Part shown: piece by piece, positions 55,270 to 64,000 of the stretch
Layout of the letters: each line of letters starts with the position of its first letter
Numbering within the stretch: position 1 is the stretch's first letter
Assembly: GCA_021738485.1 (NCBI GenBank)
Contig: JAIPBX010000001.1
Coordinates: 4,702 to 68,701, forward strand
Origin: Bacteroidales bacterium
GTDB taxonomy: Bacteria; Bacteroidota; Bacteroidia; Bacteroidales; JAIPAH01
DNA length: 64,000 bases
Reading direction: 5' to 3'
Notes under the pieces: generated by a model
Seen by the model: only the letters and a program-made list of their open reading frames with translations
The model's database searches: none
Told to the model about the DNA's origin: nothing
Made by a program: the position numbers and the translations under genes

Positions 55270-57594
55270 ATGGCTAAAAATCTGGTAATCGTCGAGTCAC
55301 CGGCAAAAGCAAAAACGATAGAAAAATTTCTTGGAAAAGATTATCTGGTCAAATCCAGTTATGGACATGTACGGGATCTGGCCAAAAAGAATCAGGGTAT
55401 TGAAATAGAAAATGATTTCAAACCCGTATACGAAATAGATTCTGACAAAAAGAAAGTAGTTACGGAATTAAAAAAGCTGGCCAAAAATGCTGAAACTATA
55501 TGGCTGGCTTCTGATGAAGACCGTGAAGGAGAGGCTATCTCCTGGCATTTGGTAAAGGCGCTCAACCTTGATCAAAACAAAACCAAAAGAATTGTATTCC
55601 ACGAAATCACCAAGCAAGCGATAACGGAAGCTATAAAAAATCCCCGGGGCATTGATGAAAACTTGGTTAATGCCCAGCAAGCCAGACGGATTTTGGATCG
55701 ATTGGTCGGTTTCGAGCTTTCACCTCTATTATGGAGGAAAATAAAACCCTCCTTGTCGGCAGGCAGGGTGCAATCCGTTGCAGTGCGCCTGATTGTAGAG
55801 CGGGAACAGGAAATCAAAAAATTCAAACCCGAATCATCATATAAAGTGACGGCTATTTTCCATCTTTCAAAAGACGGAAAAAACCATCAGATTAAAGCCG
55901 AACTTCCAAAACGTTTTAAAACAGAGCAAGCCGCTTACAATTTCCTGGAAAAATCCAAAGAAGCAGAATTCACCATTGCTTCCATTGAGAAAAAGCCCGG
56001 TAAAAAATCTCCGGCCCCTCCTTTTACAACTTCCACGCTTCAGCAGGAAGCTTCAAGGAAACTCAGCTTCCCGGTTTCAAAAACAATGGTTGTTGCCCAG
56101 CAGCTATATGAATCGGGGCAAATAACCTATATGCGTACCGATTCCACCAATCTATCAAACATGGCTTTAAGCCAGGCCAAAAAAGAAATCATCAAAGACT
56201 TTGGTGAAAAATATTCTAAAACGCGTCAATTTGCTACAAAAGCTAAGGGAGCTCAGGAAGCTCACGAAGCTATCCGGCCCACATTTCTAAACCATCGCGA
56301 AGCTTCGGGAAGTCAGGATCAGAAACGACTCTATGAATTGATCTGGAAGCGAACCATAGCCTCGCAGATGGCTGACGCCCAATTGGAGCGAACCACCGTT
56401 AAAATTGATGTTTCCAGGGCCAAAGAGCAATTCATCGCTAAAGGGGAAATCGTTAAATTTGACGGCTTTCTTAAAGTTTATCTTGAGTCGAGGGAAGAGG
56501 ATGACGATGGAGAAGAAGAAAAAGGACTACTACCCCCCATCAAAGAAGGTGAGAAACTAGGGCTCGAAGAAATGAATGCTATCCAGCGTTTTACTTCTCC
56601 ACCGCCCCGATATTCGGAAGCGAGTCTTGTGAAAAAGCTGGAAGATCTCGGCATCGGGCGGCCCTCAACCTATGCGCCAACAATTTCCACCATCCAAAAA
56701 CGACAATATGTCACGAAAGGTGTCAGTGAAGGAACGCAGCGCACCTACCAGGTTTATACGCTGAAAGGCAATGAAATACAAAAAGACCCTTCTTCCGAGA
56801 AAACGGGAGCAGACAAGGGCAAACTAATCCCTACGGATATTGGAACCCTGGTCACCCAATTCTTATTAGAATATTTTGATAATATCATGGATTATAATTT
56901 CACTGCAAAAGTGGAAAAGGAGTTCGATGAAATTGCCAATGGGCTGAAAAAGTGGAATGAAATGATTCGGGAATTTTACGGACCATTTCATGAAAAAGTG
57001 GAAACCACCCTCCAAAACAGCGAAAGGGTGAAAGGGGAGAGACACCTCGGGATAGATCCCAAAAGCGGTCGTAATATTTATGTAAAGCTCGGCCGTTACG
57101 GACCCATGGCTCAGATAGGCGACAGGGAAGAAGAAGAAAAACCCAAATTTGCCGGCTTGCGAAAAAACCAAAGTATAGAGTCAATCACTCTTGAAGAAGC
57201 TTTGGAGCTTTTCAAATTTCCCCGCGAGCTAGGTGAATTTGAAGAATCCCCTGTCACCGTTTCAATAGGACGTTTTGGCCCTTATGTGAGGCATAACAAC
57301 AAGTTTGTCTCTTTAAAGAAAGAAGACGATCCGGCTACTATCACCAAAGAGCGGGCAATAGAGCTAATAAAGGAAAAAAGAGAAAAGGATAAGAATAAAT
57401 ATATCAAAACCTTTGAAGAGGAAGGCATCCAAGTGTTAAACGGTCGCTGGGGCCCTTATATCTCCCATAAAAAGAAAAACTATAAAGTTCCAAAAGACAA
57501 AGAGCCCAAAGATCTTACGCTGGAAGATTGTAAAAAAATTATCAGTGAAGCAGGAACAAAAAAGAAAAATTCCCGTACAAAGAAGAAAAAGTAA
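55270..57594 (+). CDS. topA: DNA topoisomerase I
   Basis: 774 aa. It has a TOPRIM domain (LVIVESPAKAKTI, SDEDREGE), the active-site region (ITYMRTDS) and a K-rich C-terminus. Confidence 0.95.
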   Translation: MAKNLVIVESPAKAKTIEKFLGKDYLVKSSYGHVRDLAKKNQGIEIENDFKPVYEIDSDKKKVVTELKKLAKNAETIWLASDEDREGEAISWHLVKALNLDQNKTKRIVFHEITKQAITEAIKNPRGIDENLVNAQQARRILDRLVGFELSPLLWRKIKPSLSAGRVQSVAVRLIVEREQEIKKFKPESSYKVTAIFHLSKDGKNHQIKAELPKRFKTEQAAYNFLEKSKEAEFTIASIEKKPGKKSPAPPFTTSTLQQEASRKLSFPVSKTMVVAQQLYESGQITYMRTDSTNLSNMALSQAKKEIIKDFGEKYSKTRQFATKAKGAQEAHEAIRPTFLNHREASGSQDQKRLYELIWKRTIASQMADAQLERTTVKIDVSRAKEQFIAKGEIVKFDGFLKVYLESREEDDDGEEEKGLLPPIKEGEKLGLEEMNAIQRFTSPPPRYSEASLVKKLEDLGIGRPSTYAPTISTIQKRQYVTKGVSEGTQRTYQVYTLKGNEIQKDPSSEKTGADKGKLIPTDIGTLVTQFLLEYFDNIMDYNFTAKVEKEFDEIANGLKKWNEMIREFYGPFHEKVETTLQNSERVKGERHLGIDPKSGRNIYVKLGRYGPMAQIGDREEEEKPKFAGLRKNQSIESITLEEALELFKFPRELGEFEESPVTVSIGRFGPYVRHNNKFVSLKKEDDPATITKERAIELIKEKREKDKNKYIKTFEEEGIQVLNGRWGPYISHKKKNYKVPKDKEPKDLTLEDCKKIISEAGTKKKNSRTKKKK

Positions 57595-57612
57595 GTTTTA
57601 AAAAAGGCAGAA

Positions 57613-58782
57613 ATGGACATATCCATTTATTTTCAGCCAACTGATATTTCGTGGTTTCAATTTGATGAAAAGCGTCCGAGATTTGGGGACTCTATAGCTG
57701 TTTTTTCAGAAAAAGGTTATTTTCCTGAAATCAGTGACTTTGACCTGGCTATTATTGGTGTAGAGGAGTCGCAAAAAAGCAAAGGCAACGAAGGCTGTAA
57801 AGATGCTCCTGAAGCAATCAGGAAATATTTTTACCGGCTTTTTCCCGGTGACTATCGCCCGAAAATCGTCGACCTGGGGAATATTATCCAGGGCAATACA
57901 ATCAATGACACCTATTTTGCTCTTAGCTCAGCCATTTCAGAATTGCTGGAAAATAATGTTATCCCTTTGATTATAGGAGGAAGTCAGGACCTTACTTTTG
58001 CCAATTACAGAGCTTATGAAAATAACGGCCAAATCATTAACATAGCCGCCATTGATTCGCGGTTTGACATTGGCAATGCCGAAGAAGAGTTATCCGCTCA
58101 CTCATACCTCAGCAAAATTATTTTACATCAGCCCAATTACCTCTTCAATTACTCTAACATTGGCTACCAGAGCTATTTTATTGATCAGGAAGCCATAGAA
58201 TTGATGAACAACCTGCTTTTTGACGTTTACCGTCTTGGAGATATCAGGGCAGACATGAAACAAGTGGAGCCTATCCTGCGCAATGCCGATATGATTAGTT
58301 TCGATGTTTCCGCCATTCGTCAGCCCGATGCTCCGGGCAATGGTCACGCATCCCCAAATGGTTTCTATGGCGAGGAAGCTTGTCAGCTATGCTGGTACGC
58401 CGGACTTTCCGACAGGGTAACCTCTTTTGGTTTATACGAAATAAGCCCTCTGCTTGATTTTAATGGCCAAACGTCCCATTTAGCGGCCCAAATGATCTGG
58501 TATTTTATTGAAGGCTTCTACCATCGACGAAATGAGTTTCCTCATCAAAATGAAAAAGGCTTTATCAAATACAAAGTACAGATGGAAGATTTCAATGAAG
58601 ACCTGCTATTTTATAAAAGCAAATATAGCGACCGATGGTGGATGCAAGTGATGGCCCCTGACAATATCCAGTTAAAATATGAAAGACACTACATTGTGCC
58701 ATGTTCTCTGGATGATTACAAAAAAGCCACATCCAATGAGCTACCCGACAAGTGGTGGCAGGCCTATAAGAAACTGATGTAA
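57613..58782 (+). CDS. arginase/formimidoylglutamase-fold protein with degenerate metal-binding motifs
   Basis: It is collinear with ureohydrolases: LIIGGSQDLT for GGDHS, IAAIDSRFD for DAHxD, ISFDVSAIRQPDAPG for SxDxDxxDP, and YEISP for E.DP. Confidence 0.65.
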   Translation: MDISIYFQPTDISWFQFDEKRPRFGDSIAVFSEKGYFPEISDFDLAIIGVEESQKSKGNEGCKDAPEAIRKYFYRLFPGDYRPKIVDLGNIIQGNTINDTYFALSSAISELLENNVIPLIIGGSQDLTFANYRAYENNGQIINIAAIDSRFDIGNAEEELSAHSYLSKIILHQPNYLFNYSNIGYQSYFIDQEAIELMNNLLFDVYRLGDIRADMKQVEPILRNADMISFDVSAIRQPDAPGNGHASPNGFYGEEACQLCWYAGLSDRVTSFGLYEISPLLDFNGQTSHLAAQMIWYFIEGFYHRRNEFPHQNEKGFIKYKVQMEDFNEDLLFYKSKYSDRWWMQVMAPDNIQLKYERHYIVPCSLDDYKKATSNELPDKWWQAYKKLM

Positions 58783-58798
58783 CCTGCCGGGGCTTTCT

Positions 58799-60955
58799 TT
58801 AAACTATGAGAAAATCCATCTGTTTTTTTGGGAGATCGATACTCTTCACCTTAACACGAATCGGATCACCCAGCTTATAGACTTGCTTATACCTTTTTCC
58901 GACAACCTGGTAATTTTCATCATCCAGGATATAAAAATCATCATTCATATCTGCCATAGAAACCAGGCCCTCAGCCTTGGTTTCATTCAACTGAACAAAA
59001 ATCCCCCATTTACTGACACCGGAAATAAGCCCTTCGAATTCTTTACCCACTTTATCGAGCATATATTCAGCTTGCTTGTACTTAATAGAAGCTCGCTCGG
59101 CCTCAATGGCTTTACGTTCCATCTCAGATGAATGAATGCAATGCTCCTCAAACTCCTGCGGGTTCACCGATGGTTTCTTTTCAAGATACTGCTGCAATAA
59201 GCGGTGAGTCATCAAATCCGGGTAGCGGCGAATGGGAGACGTAAAGTGCGTATAATAATTAAATGCCAAACCATAATGGCCTATATTTTGAGTAGAGTAC
59301 TCCGCTTTGGCCATCGTTCGTATGGCAATGGTTTCAATCATCACTTCCTCGCCTTTCCCTTCTACCTGGCGAAAAAGATCGTTGAATGACCGCGCCAGCC
59401 CGGATCGCGAGCCCAGGCGCATTTTATAACCAAGCCGGTTTACAAAATCGGTAAACTGCTGAAGCTTATCAGGATTAGGCTCATCATGCACTCTGTAAAT
59501 AAATGTTTTGGGGTCCTGCTTCCCTCTTTTGCGTCCGATGCGTTCCGCTACTTTCCTGTTAGCCAGCAGCATAAACTCTTCGATCAATTGGTTAGACTCC
59601 TTTTGCTCCTTAATATGGGCTGAAAGAGGCTTCCCGTTTTCATCCAGCTCAAAGGCCACTTCCGATGATTTAAAATTTATCGCCCCTTTTTTAAATCTCC
59701 GATCTCTCAAAATAGAAGCCAAATGCTGTAAAACATTAATCTCCCGGCTATTTTCTCCTTCACCTGTTTCGATAATATCCTGTACTTCCGCGTAATTATA
59801 TCTGCGGTTCGAGCGTATCAATGTTTTACCATACCAATCGGAGTGCACTTTCGCATCCTCATCCATTTCAAAAACAGCTGAAAACGCCAGTTTATCTTCA
59901 TCGGGACGTAAAGAGCAAACTTCATTTGAAAGTTTTTCGGGAAGCATAGGCACTACACGGTCAACCAGGTAAACAGAGGTGGCCCGTTTCAGCGCTTCTT
60001 CATCAATAGCTGATCCGGGTTTCACATAATGAGAAACATCGGCAATATGTACTCCCACTTCCCAATTACCATTATCCAGTTTTCTTATCGATAAGGCATC
60101 GTCAAAATCTTTGGCATCTTTAGGGTCTATTGTACAGGTGAAAACCTCTCTGAAGTCTTTTCTCTTTTTCTTTTCGCCGGGAGGAACCTTCCCGGAAATT
60201 CCCTCCGCTTCTTTTTCCACTTTCTGTGGAAAACGCAAAGGAAAATCAAATTCCGAAAGTATGGAATTCATTTCAACTTCGTTATTTCCCGGCTCACCGA
60301 GCACCTCAATAATCTCCCCAATAGGATTATTCATGTGCTTCGGCCAGTTGGTTATTCTGGCTACAGCTTTATCACCATCCCGCACATTATTAATTTTTTC
60401 TCCCGGTATATAAATGTCAACAGGCATATTTTTCACATCGGGAATCAAAAAAGCAAACTTATCGTTCATTTCTACATTCCCGACAAATTCGGTTTTTGCC
60501 CTTTTCAATATCTCCGTAATCTGCCCTTCGAGTTTACGACCTTTGCGCTTGGGGAAAAGCTGCACTTTTACTTCATCGCCGTTAAGGGCATGGTTGGTAT
60601 TATTTGGGGCAATAAAAACATCCTGCTCTACCTCGTTGCTGATTATGTAGGCTTTCCCGGTTTGTTTCATGTCCACTTTTCCCTGTATAACGGAGTGTGT
60701 TAGTCCGGGAGCAATATAATCCGAATTTAGTTTATATTTTCCTCTTTTTACGGCCATAATGGCTCCCATGTCGACAAGCTTATTAAGCATCTCTTTGACA
60801 AGATCCCTGCTGGGCTTATCATGTATGTTTAAAGCATGGGAGACCTGTTTAAAATTAAAACTTTCAAATGGATGATACGCAAAAACTGAAAGTACCGTAT
60901 CAATAAATGAATTTTTATCAATATTCTGCTTTTTTCTTTTCTTTTTCGATCCCAT
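58799..60955 (-). CDS. rnr: ribonuclease R
   Basis: 718 aa. It has N-terminal wHTH/cold-shock-like domains, an RNB domain (TIDPKDAKDFDDAL...HYGLAFNYYTHFTSPIRRYPDL) and a C-terminal S1 domain (GLISGVSKWGIFVQL). Confidence 0.9.
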   Translation of the reverse strand: MGSKKKRKKQNIDKNSFIDTVLSVFAYHPFESFNFKQVSHALNIHDKPSRDLVKEMLNKLVDMGAIMAVKRGKYKLNSDYIAPGLTHSVIQGKVDMKQTGKAYIISNEVEQDVFIAPNNTNHALNGDEVKVQLFPKRKGRKLEGQITEILKRAKTEFVGNVEMNDKFAFLIPDVKNMPVDIYIPGEKINNVRDGDKAVARITNWPKHMNNPIGEIIEVLGEPGNNEVEMNSILSEFDFPLRFPQKVEKEAEGISGKVPPGEKKKRKDFREVFTCTIDPKDAKDFDDALSIRKLDNGNWEVGVHIADVSHYVKPGSAIDEEALKRATSVYLVDRVVPMLPEKLSNEVCSLRPDEDKLAFSAVFEMDEDAKVHSDWYGKTLIRSNRRYNYAEVQDIIETGEGENSREINVLQHLASILRDRRFKKGAINFKSSEVAFELDENGKPLSAHIKEQKESNQLIEEFMLLANRKVAERIGRKRGKQDPKTFIYRVHDEPNPDKLQQFTDFVNRLGYKMRLGSRSGLARSFNDLFRQVEGKGEEVMIETIAIRTMAKAEYSTQNIGHYGLAFNYYTHFTSPIRRYPDLMTHRLLQQYLEKKPSVNPQEFEEHCIHSSEMERKAIEAERASIKYKQAEYMLDKVGKEFEGLISGVSKWGIFVQLNETKAEGLVSMADMNDDFYILDDENYQVVGKRYKQVYKLGDPIRVKVKSIDLPKKQMDFLIV

Positions 60956-61292
60956 AGATTCCTACCTCACTATCATCAATAGCATAATAATTTTTGATAT
61001 AAACGAAAACCTTCTTTTCAAATTTCCAAGTGTAATGTGAAAAGGCTGTATTTTCTATCTGTCCATATCAATAATTGTTCCTAAAATAATTCATTTAAGA
61101 GGTTTTTGCAAGTGAAAAGATAGTTCCTTTTCTGACAAAGAAACAAAATTTTAAACTACGATATATTTTACTGTATATAACAACATTTGGTTGGGAATAA
61201 AGTTTTTATCAATTATTATTTGCATTAGGTTCAAATAATCTATTAACGCATATTATTAAAATTTTTTTGAATTTACTATTTGATTTTTTTTA

Positions 61293-61300
61293 TATTTTTG
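61293..61300 (+). promoter_or_regulatory. Bacteroidota -7 box (TAnnTTTG)
   Basis: tatttttg lies 38 nt upstream of ATG 61338, in an AT-rich divergent intergenic region. Confidence 0.35.
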
Positions 61301-61337
61301 CCTATATTACAATGTCTTATTAAAAAGTTATTAAAAA

Positions 61338-62276
61338 ATGGCCGAACAACAGAATGCATCAGGCAACCAAGAGCAACAAAATAAAAAGAAAAAAAGCAGT
61401 CTCCTGTGGATCATATTATTCATAGTGGCTTTAGCTCTCTTTATAGTAAGTGGTATTTTATACATGAACACCTCTTCTGAAGTCAAAAAACTTAAAGAAG
61501 ATAAACAACAACAAAGAGTATATTTCAAACAAGAGTTAGATTCTTTAATGACAGAACATAATGAAGTAAAATCGGAGTACAGCAAGCTTACCGACTCCCT
61601 TCAGAAAAAAGACAGCGTCATTAAAGAAAATGCAAAGCAAATTGATCAATTGCTGGACACCAAATGGAAGTATCAAAAAGTCCAGAAAAAACTTAGCAAA
61701 CTTCGCGAAATTGCCCAGGGTTACCTGACACAAATCGATTCGCTTTACCGGGTCAATAAGGAGTTGAAGGAAGAAAATAAAGAAATCAAAACCAAGTTCC
61801 GCAAAGAACAGCAAATGACTCAGGAGCTTACGCGTGAAAAAGAAGAGCTGAATAAAAAAGTCAATAAAGCGGCTCAGCTTAATGTCCATAACATTGATGC
61901 GACTGGGATTAAGATTACCTGGTTCAATAATGAAAAAGAAACGGACAAAGCCCGCCGTACGGATAAATTTAACATCTGCTTTACTGTAGGCGAGAATGAA
62001 TTGACGGAAAAAGGCGAAAAGACCCTCTATTTCAGAGTGGCTACTCCCTCAGGCAAAATTATGACGCCTACCAAGAGTAGTGCCTACACTTTTGAATATG
62101 ACGAACAAAAAATGCAGTATACAATCAAATATGATTTTGACTATGACGGCGAAAGTTTCAGAAAATGCATAGACTGGAAAGCTCCTGAAGACAAGGATTT
62201 ACCTGAAGGGCAGTATACGGTTGATGTATACTCCAAAAATGGAAAACTTAGCCAGACATACGTAGATCTTCGATAA
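61338..62276 (+). CDS. hypothetical membrane-anchored coiled-coil protein
   Basis: It has a Q/K-rich N-terminus, one TM (LLWIILFIVALALFIVSGILY), ~130 aa of heptad-like K/E/Q-rich sequence and a beta-rich C-terminal domain. I did not recognise a family. Confidence 0.5.
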   Translation: MAEQQNASGNQEQQNKKKKSSLLWIILFIVALALFIVSGILYMNTSSEVKKLKEDKQQQRVYFKQELDSLMTEHNEVKSEYSKLTDSLQKKDSVIKENAKQIDQLLDTKWKYQKVQKKLSKLREIAQGYLTQIDSLYRVNKELKEENKEIKTKFRKEQQMTQELTREKEELNKKVNKAAQLNVHNIDATGIKITWFNNEKETDKARRTDKFNICFTVGENELTEKGEKTLYFRVATPSGKIMTPTKSSAYTFEYDEQKMQYTIKYDFDYDGESFRKCIDWKAPEDKDLPEGQYTVDVYSKNGKLSQTYVDLR

Positions 62277-62322
62277 ATACGATTTTACATCATCAACGAT
62301 AACCGGATGGATTTATTCAAAT

Positions 62323-63006
62323 TCATCCGGTTTTTTGTTGCAGGTACGTTTCAGCCCACTTTAAATCAGTCAGTGTCGTTAGTTTAATATTCTCCCGGTT
62401 GCCTTCCACCATATGAATTTTATATCCGTAGTGTTCAACCACCGAGGCATCATCCGTAAATGAACGAATAAAGGGCGTTTGATAAGCATTTTTTAACAGA
62501 TCGGATTTAAACACTTGGGGGGTTTGCACAAGCACATACTCATCCCGGCTAACGGGAAAATTATTATGACCGGATTTTTCTATCTTGCGAAGCGATTCCT
62601 GTAGGGAAATTACCGGAACAACGGCCTCATACTTTAAAGCCTGGGAAAATGTGTTGATAATCACATCTGAAGAAATTAACGGTCTCACACCATCATGTAC
62701 CCCTACAAGACTATCCTCAGGTATTCTTTGAAGGCCATTTTTTACAGAATGAAAACGTGTTTCTCCGCCTTCTGTAATAATGTGAGGAATATTAAAATAA
62801 AATGTTTTACACAGACGCTGCCAGTAATTAATTTGTCCGGAGGGTAAAACAAGTACGACGGGTTGGTCAAATAAGTCGCAGCTATAAATACGTTCCATGG
62901 TATGCATAAGGAGAGGCTTCCCATTTAGAGGAAGAAATTGTTTTGGAACAGAGGAGTTCATTCTCTCCCCTTTACCACCGGCTACTATAATCACATACTT
63001 TTTCAT
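62323..63006 (-). CDS. ispD: 2-C-methyl-D-erythritol 4-phosphate cytidylyltransferase
   Basis: From ATG 63006 the sequence reads MKKYVIIVAGGKGERM...PKQFLPLNGKPLLMHT...VHDGVRPL. The track ORF adds 21 non-conserved residues upstream. Confidence 0.9.
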   Translation of the reverse strand: MKKYVIIVAGGKGERMNSSVPKQFLPLNGKPLLMHTMERIYSCDLFDQPVVLVLPSGQINYWQRLCKTFYFNIPHIITEGGETRFHSVKNGLQRIPEDSLVGVHDGVRPLISSDVIINTFSQALKYEAVVPVISLQESLRKIEKSGHNNFPVSRDEYVLVQTPQVFKSDLLKNAYQTPFIRSFTDDASVVEHYGYKIHMVEGNRENIKLTTLTDLKWAETYLQQKTG

Positions 63007-63105
63007 AATCAATAAAAAAGGCCGGAATTTATATGAAAAAAACAGTATCTCTACTCCCTCTGACACCATGCATATAAATCCGGCCTTAAAATAAACTTAT
63101 TAACC

Positions 63106-64000
63106 TTAAATTATCAACATAGCATCCCCATATGAAAAAAACCGATATTCTTTTTTAACAGCCTCTTCATAAGCTTCCATTACAAAATCATATCCACCAA
63201 AAGCAGCTACCATCATAAGCATGGAGGATTTGGGTAAATGAAAGTTGGTGATCATGGAGTTGGCTACGCTAAAATCATAGGGAGGAAAGATAAATTTATT
63301 CGTCCATCCCTTGTACGGTTTCAGCATTCCTGATATAGAGACTGAAGATTCAATACCTTTCATGGTAGTCGTCCCCACAGCACATACATTTTTTTTCTTT
63401 TTCTTGGCTTCGTTCACTGCATCAGCCGTTCCCTGGCTAATATGAACCTCCTCCGAGTCCATTTTATGTTTTGTAAGATCTTCTACTTCTATATTTCGGA
63501 AGTTCCCCAAGCCTGCATGAAGGGTAATTTCAGCAAAACTAACTCCTCCCAGCTCAAGGCGTTTCATCAGTTCGCGACTAAAATGCAACCCAGCTGTCGG
63601 GGCTGCCACAGCCCCTTCATGCTTAGCATAGATAGTCTGATATCTTTCCCTGTCTTCATCGGTGATGCCCCTTATACGCTGTATTTCCGGGGGCACAGGT
63701 GTTTTACCCAATGTTTCAATGGTTTGTTTAAAATCCTCATAAGGGCCGTCAAACAAAAACCGAAGGGTTCGACCACGAGAAGTGGTATTATCGATAACCT
63801 CCGCTACCAATGAATCATCTTCTCCAAAATATAATTTATTCCCTATACGAATCTTACGTGCCGGATCCACCAGAACATCCCATAACCTGGCATCAGGGTT
63901 TAATTCCCGAAGCAAAAACACGGTGATTTTAGCTCCTGTCTTTTCTTTCTCCCCTGTTAACAGTGCAGGAAATACTTTGGTATTGTTCAGCACGAAAACA
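63106..64000 (-). CDS. queA: S-adenosylmethionine:tRNA ribosyltransferase-isomerase (partial, N-terminus beyond right edge)
   Basis: [29 protein letters not shown]...AAPTAGLHF...[10 protein letters not shown]...VCAVGTTTM...[13 protein letters not shown] is the QueA signature. The frame stays open to position 64000. Confidence 0.9.
   Translation of the reverse strand, partial: VFVLNNTKVFPALLTGEKEKTGAKITVFLLRELNPDARLWDVLVDPARKIRIGNKLYFGEDDSLVAEVIDNTTSRGRTLRFLFDGPYEDFKQTIETLGKTPVPPEIQRIRGITDEDRERYQTIYAKHEGAVAAPTAGLHFSRELMKRLELGGVSFAEITLHAGLGNFRNIEVEDLTKHKMDSEEVHISQGTADAVNEAKKKKKNVCAVGTTTMKGIESSVSISGMLKPYKGWTNKFIFPPYDFSVANSMITNFHLPKSSMLMMVAAFGGYDFVMEAYEEAVKKEYRFFSYGDAMLII

Noticed and set aside
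62323-63069. 21-aa N-terminal extension of ispD in the ORF track
   Set aside because: The conserved IspD N-terminus (VIIVAGGKGERM) follows the internal ATG at 63006. The extension is hydrophobic and non-conserved.
1-64000. Scan of the whole window for CRISPR arrays, rRNA genes, integrases/transposases, reverse transcriptases and group I/II introns
   Set aside because: No regularly spaced direct repeats, no rRNA-like sequence and no ORF with recombinase, transposase or RT motifs were seen. The only mobile-looking items are the protein-less hairpin elements and the GIY-YIG cassette reported above.

Overview
This is a chromosomal segment of a Bacteroidota-type genome. Supporting signs are TAnnTTTG -7 promoter boxes, a GldH-like lipoprotein, a T9SS-type C-terminal sorting domain and a eukaryote-like GT3 glycogen synthase. 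It holds roughly 50 protein genes, mostly housekeeping: metG, aspS, purH, mreBCD, ribF, asd, topA, rnr, ispD and queA. There are two alpha-glucan/glycogen clusters: a GH13 branching enzyme plus GH13 amylase at 5.4-9.2 kb, and GH133-GT4-GH57-GT3::GT35 at 24.9-34.3 kb. The window also carries MacB/FtsX-type ABC transporters, a MATE pump, a Wzc-like tyrosine kinase and a large LTD-repeat secreted protein. The unusual content sits in three small accessory patches. (i) 1.3-2.6 kb has a degenerate repeat array carrying a GC-rich hairpin mini-element, followed by a HigBA toxin-antitoxin pair. (ii) 9.3-11.7 kb has tRNA-Gly(CCC) and tRNA-Arg(CCT), each present as one intact gene plus rearranged copies. 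Here 32-36 nt hairpin elements are inserted precisely in tRNA loops, there is an orphan AAA/DUF4143 ATPase, and an 82-aa GIY-YIG ORF takes its stop codon from tRNA sequence. (iii) 13.9-15.8 kb is a visibly AT-rich islet with a divergent pair: a DUF5706 (Pycsar-effector-like) membrane protein and a shortened SatD-like protein. My best candidates for something undescribed are the tRNA-targeted GIY-YIG cassette together with the loop-seeking hairpin family, and the DUF5706/SatD-like pair. I saw no rRNA, CRISPR array, integrase or transposase. All calls come from reading the sequence and recalling family motifs; no searches were run.
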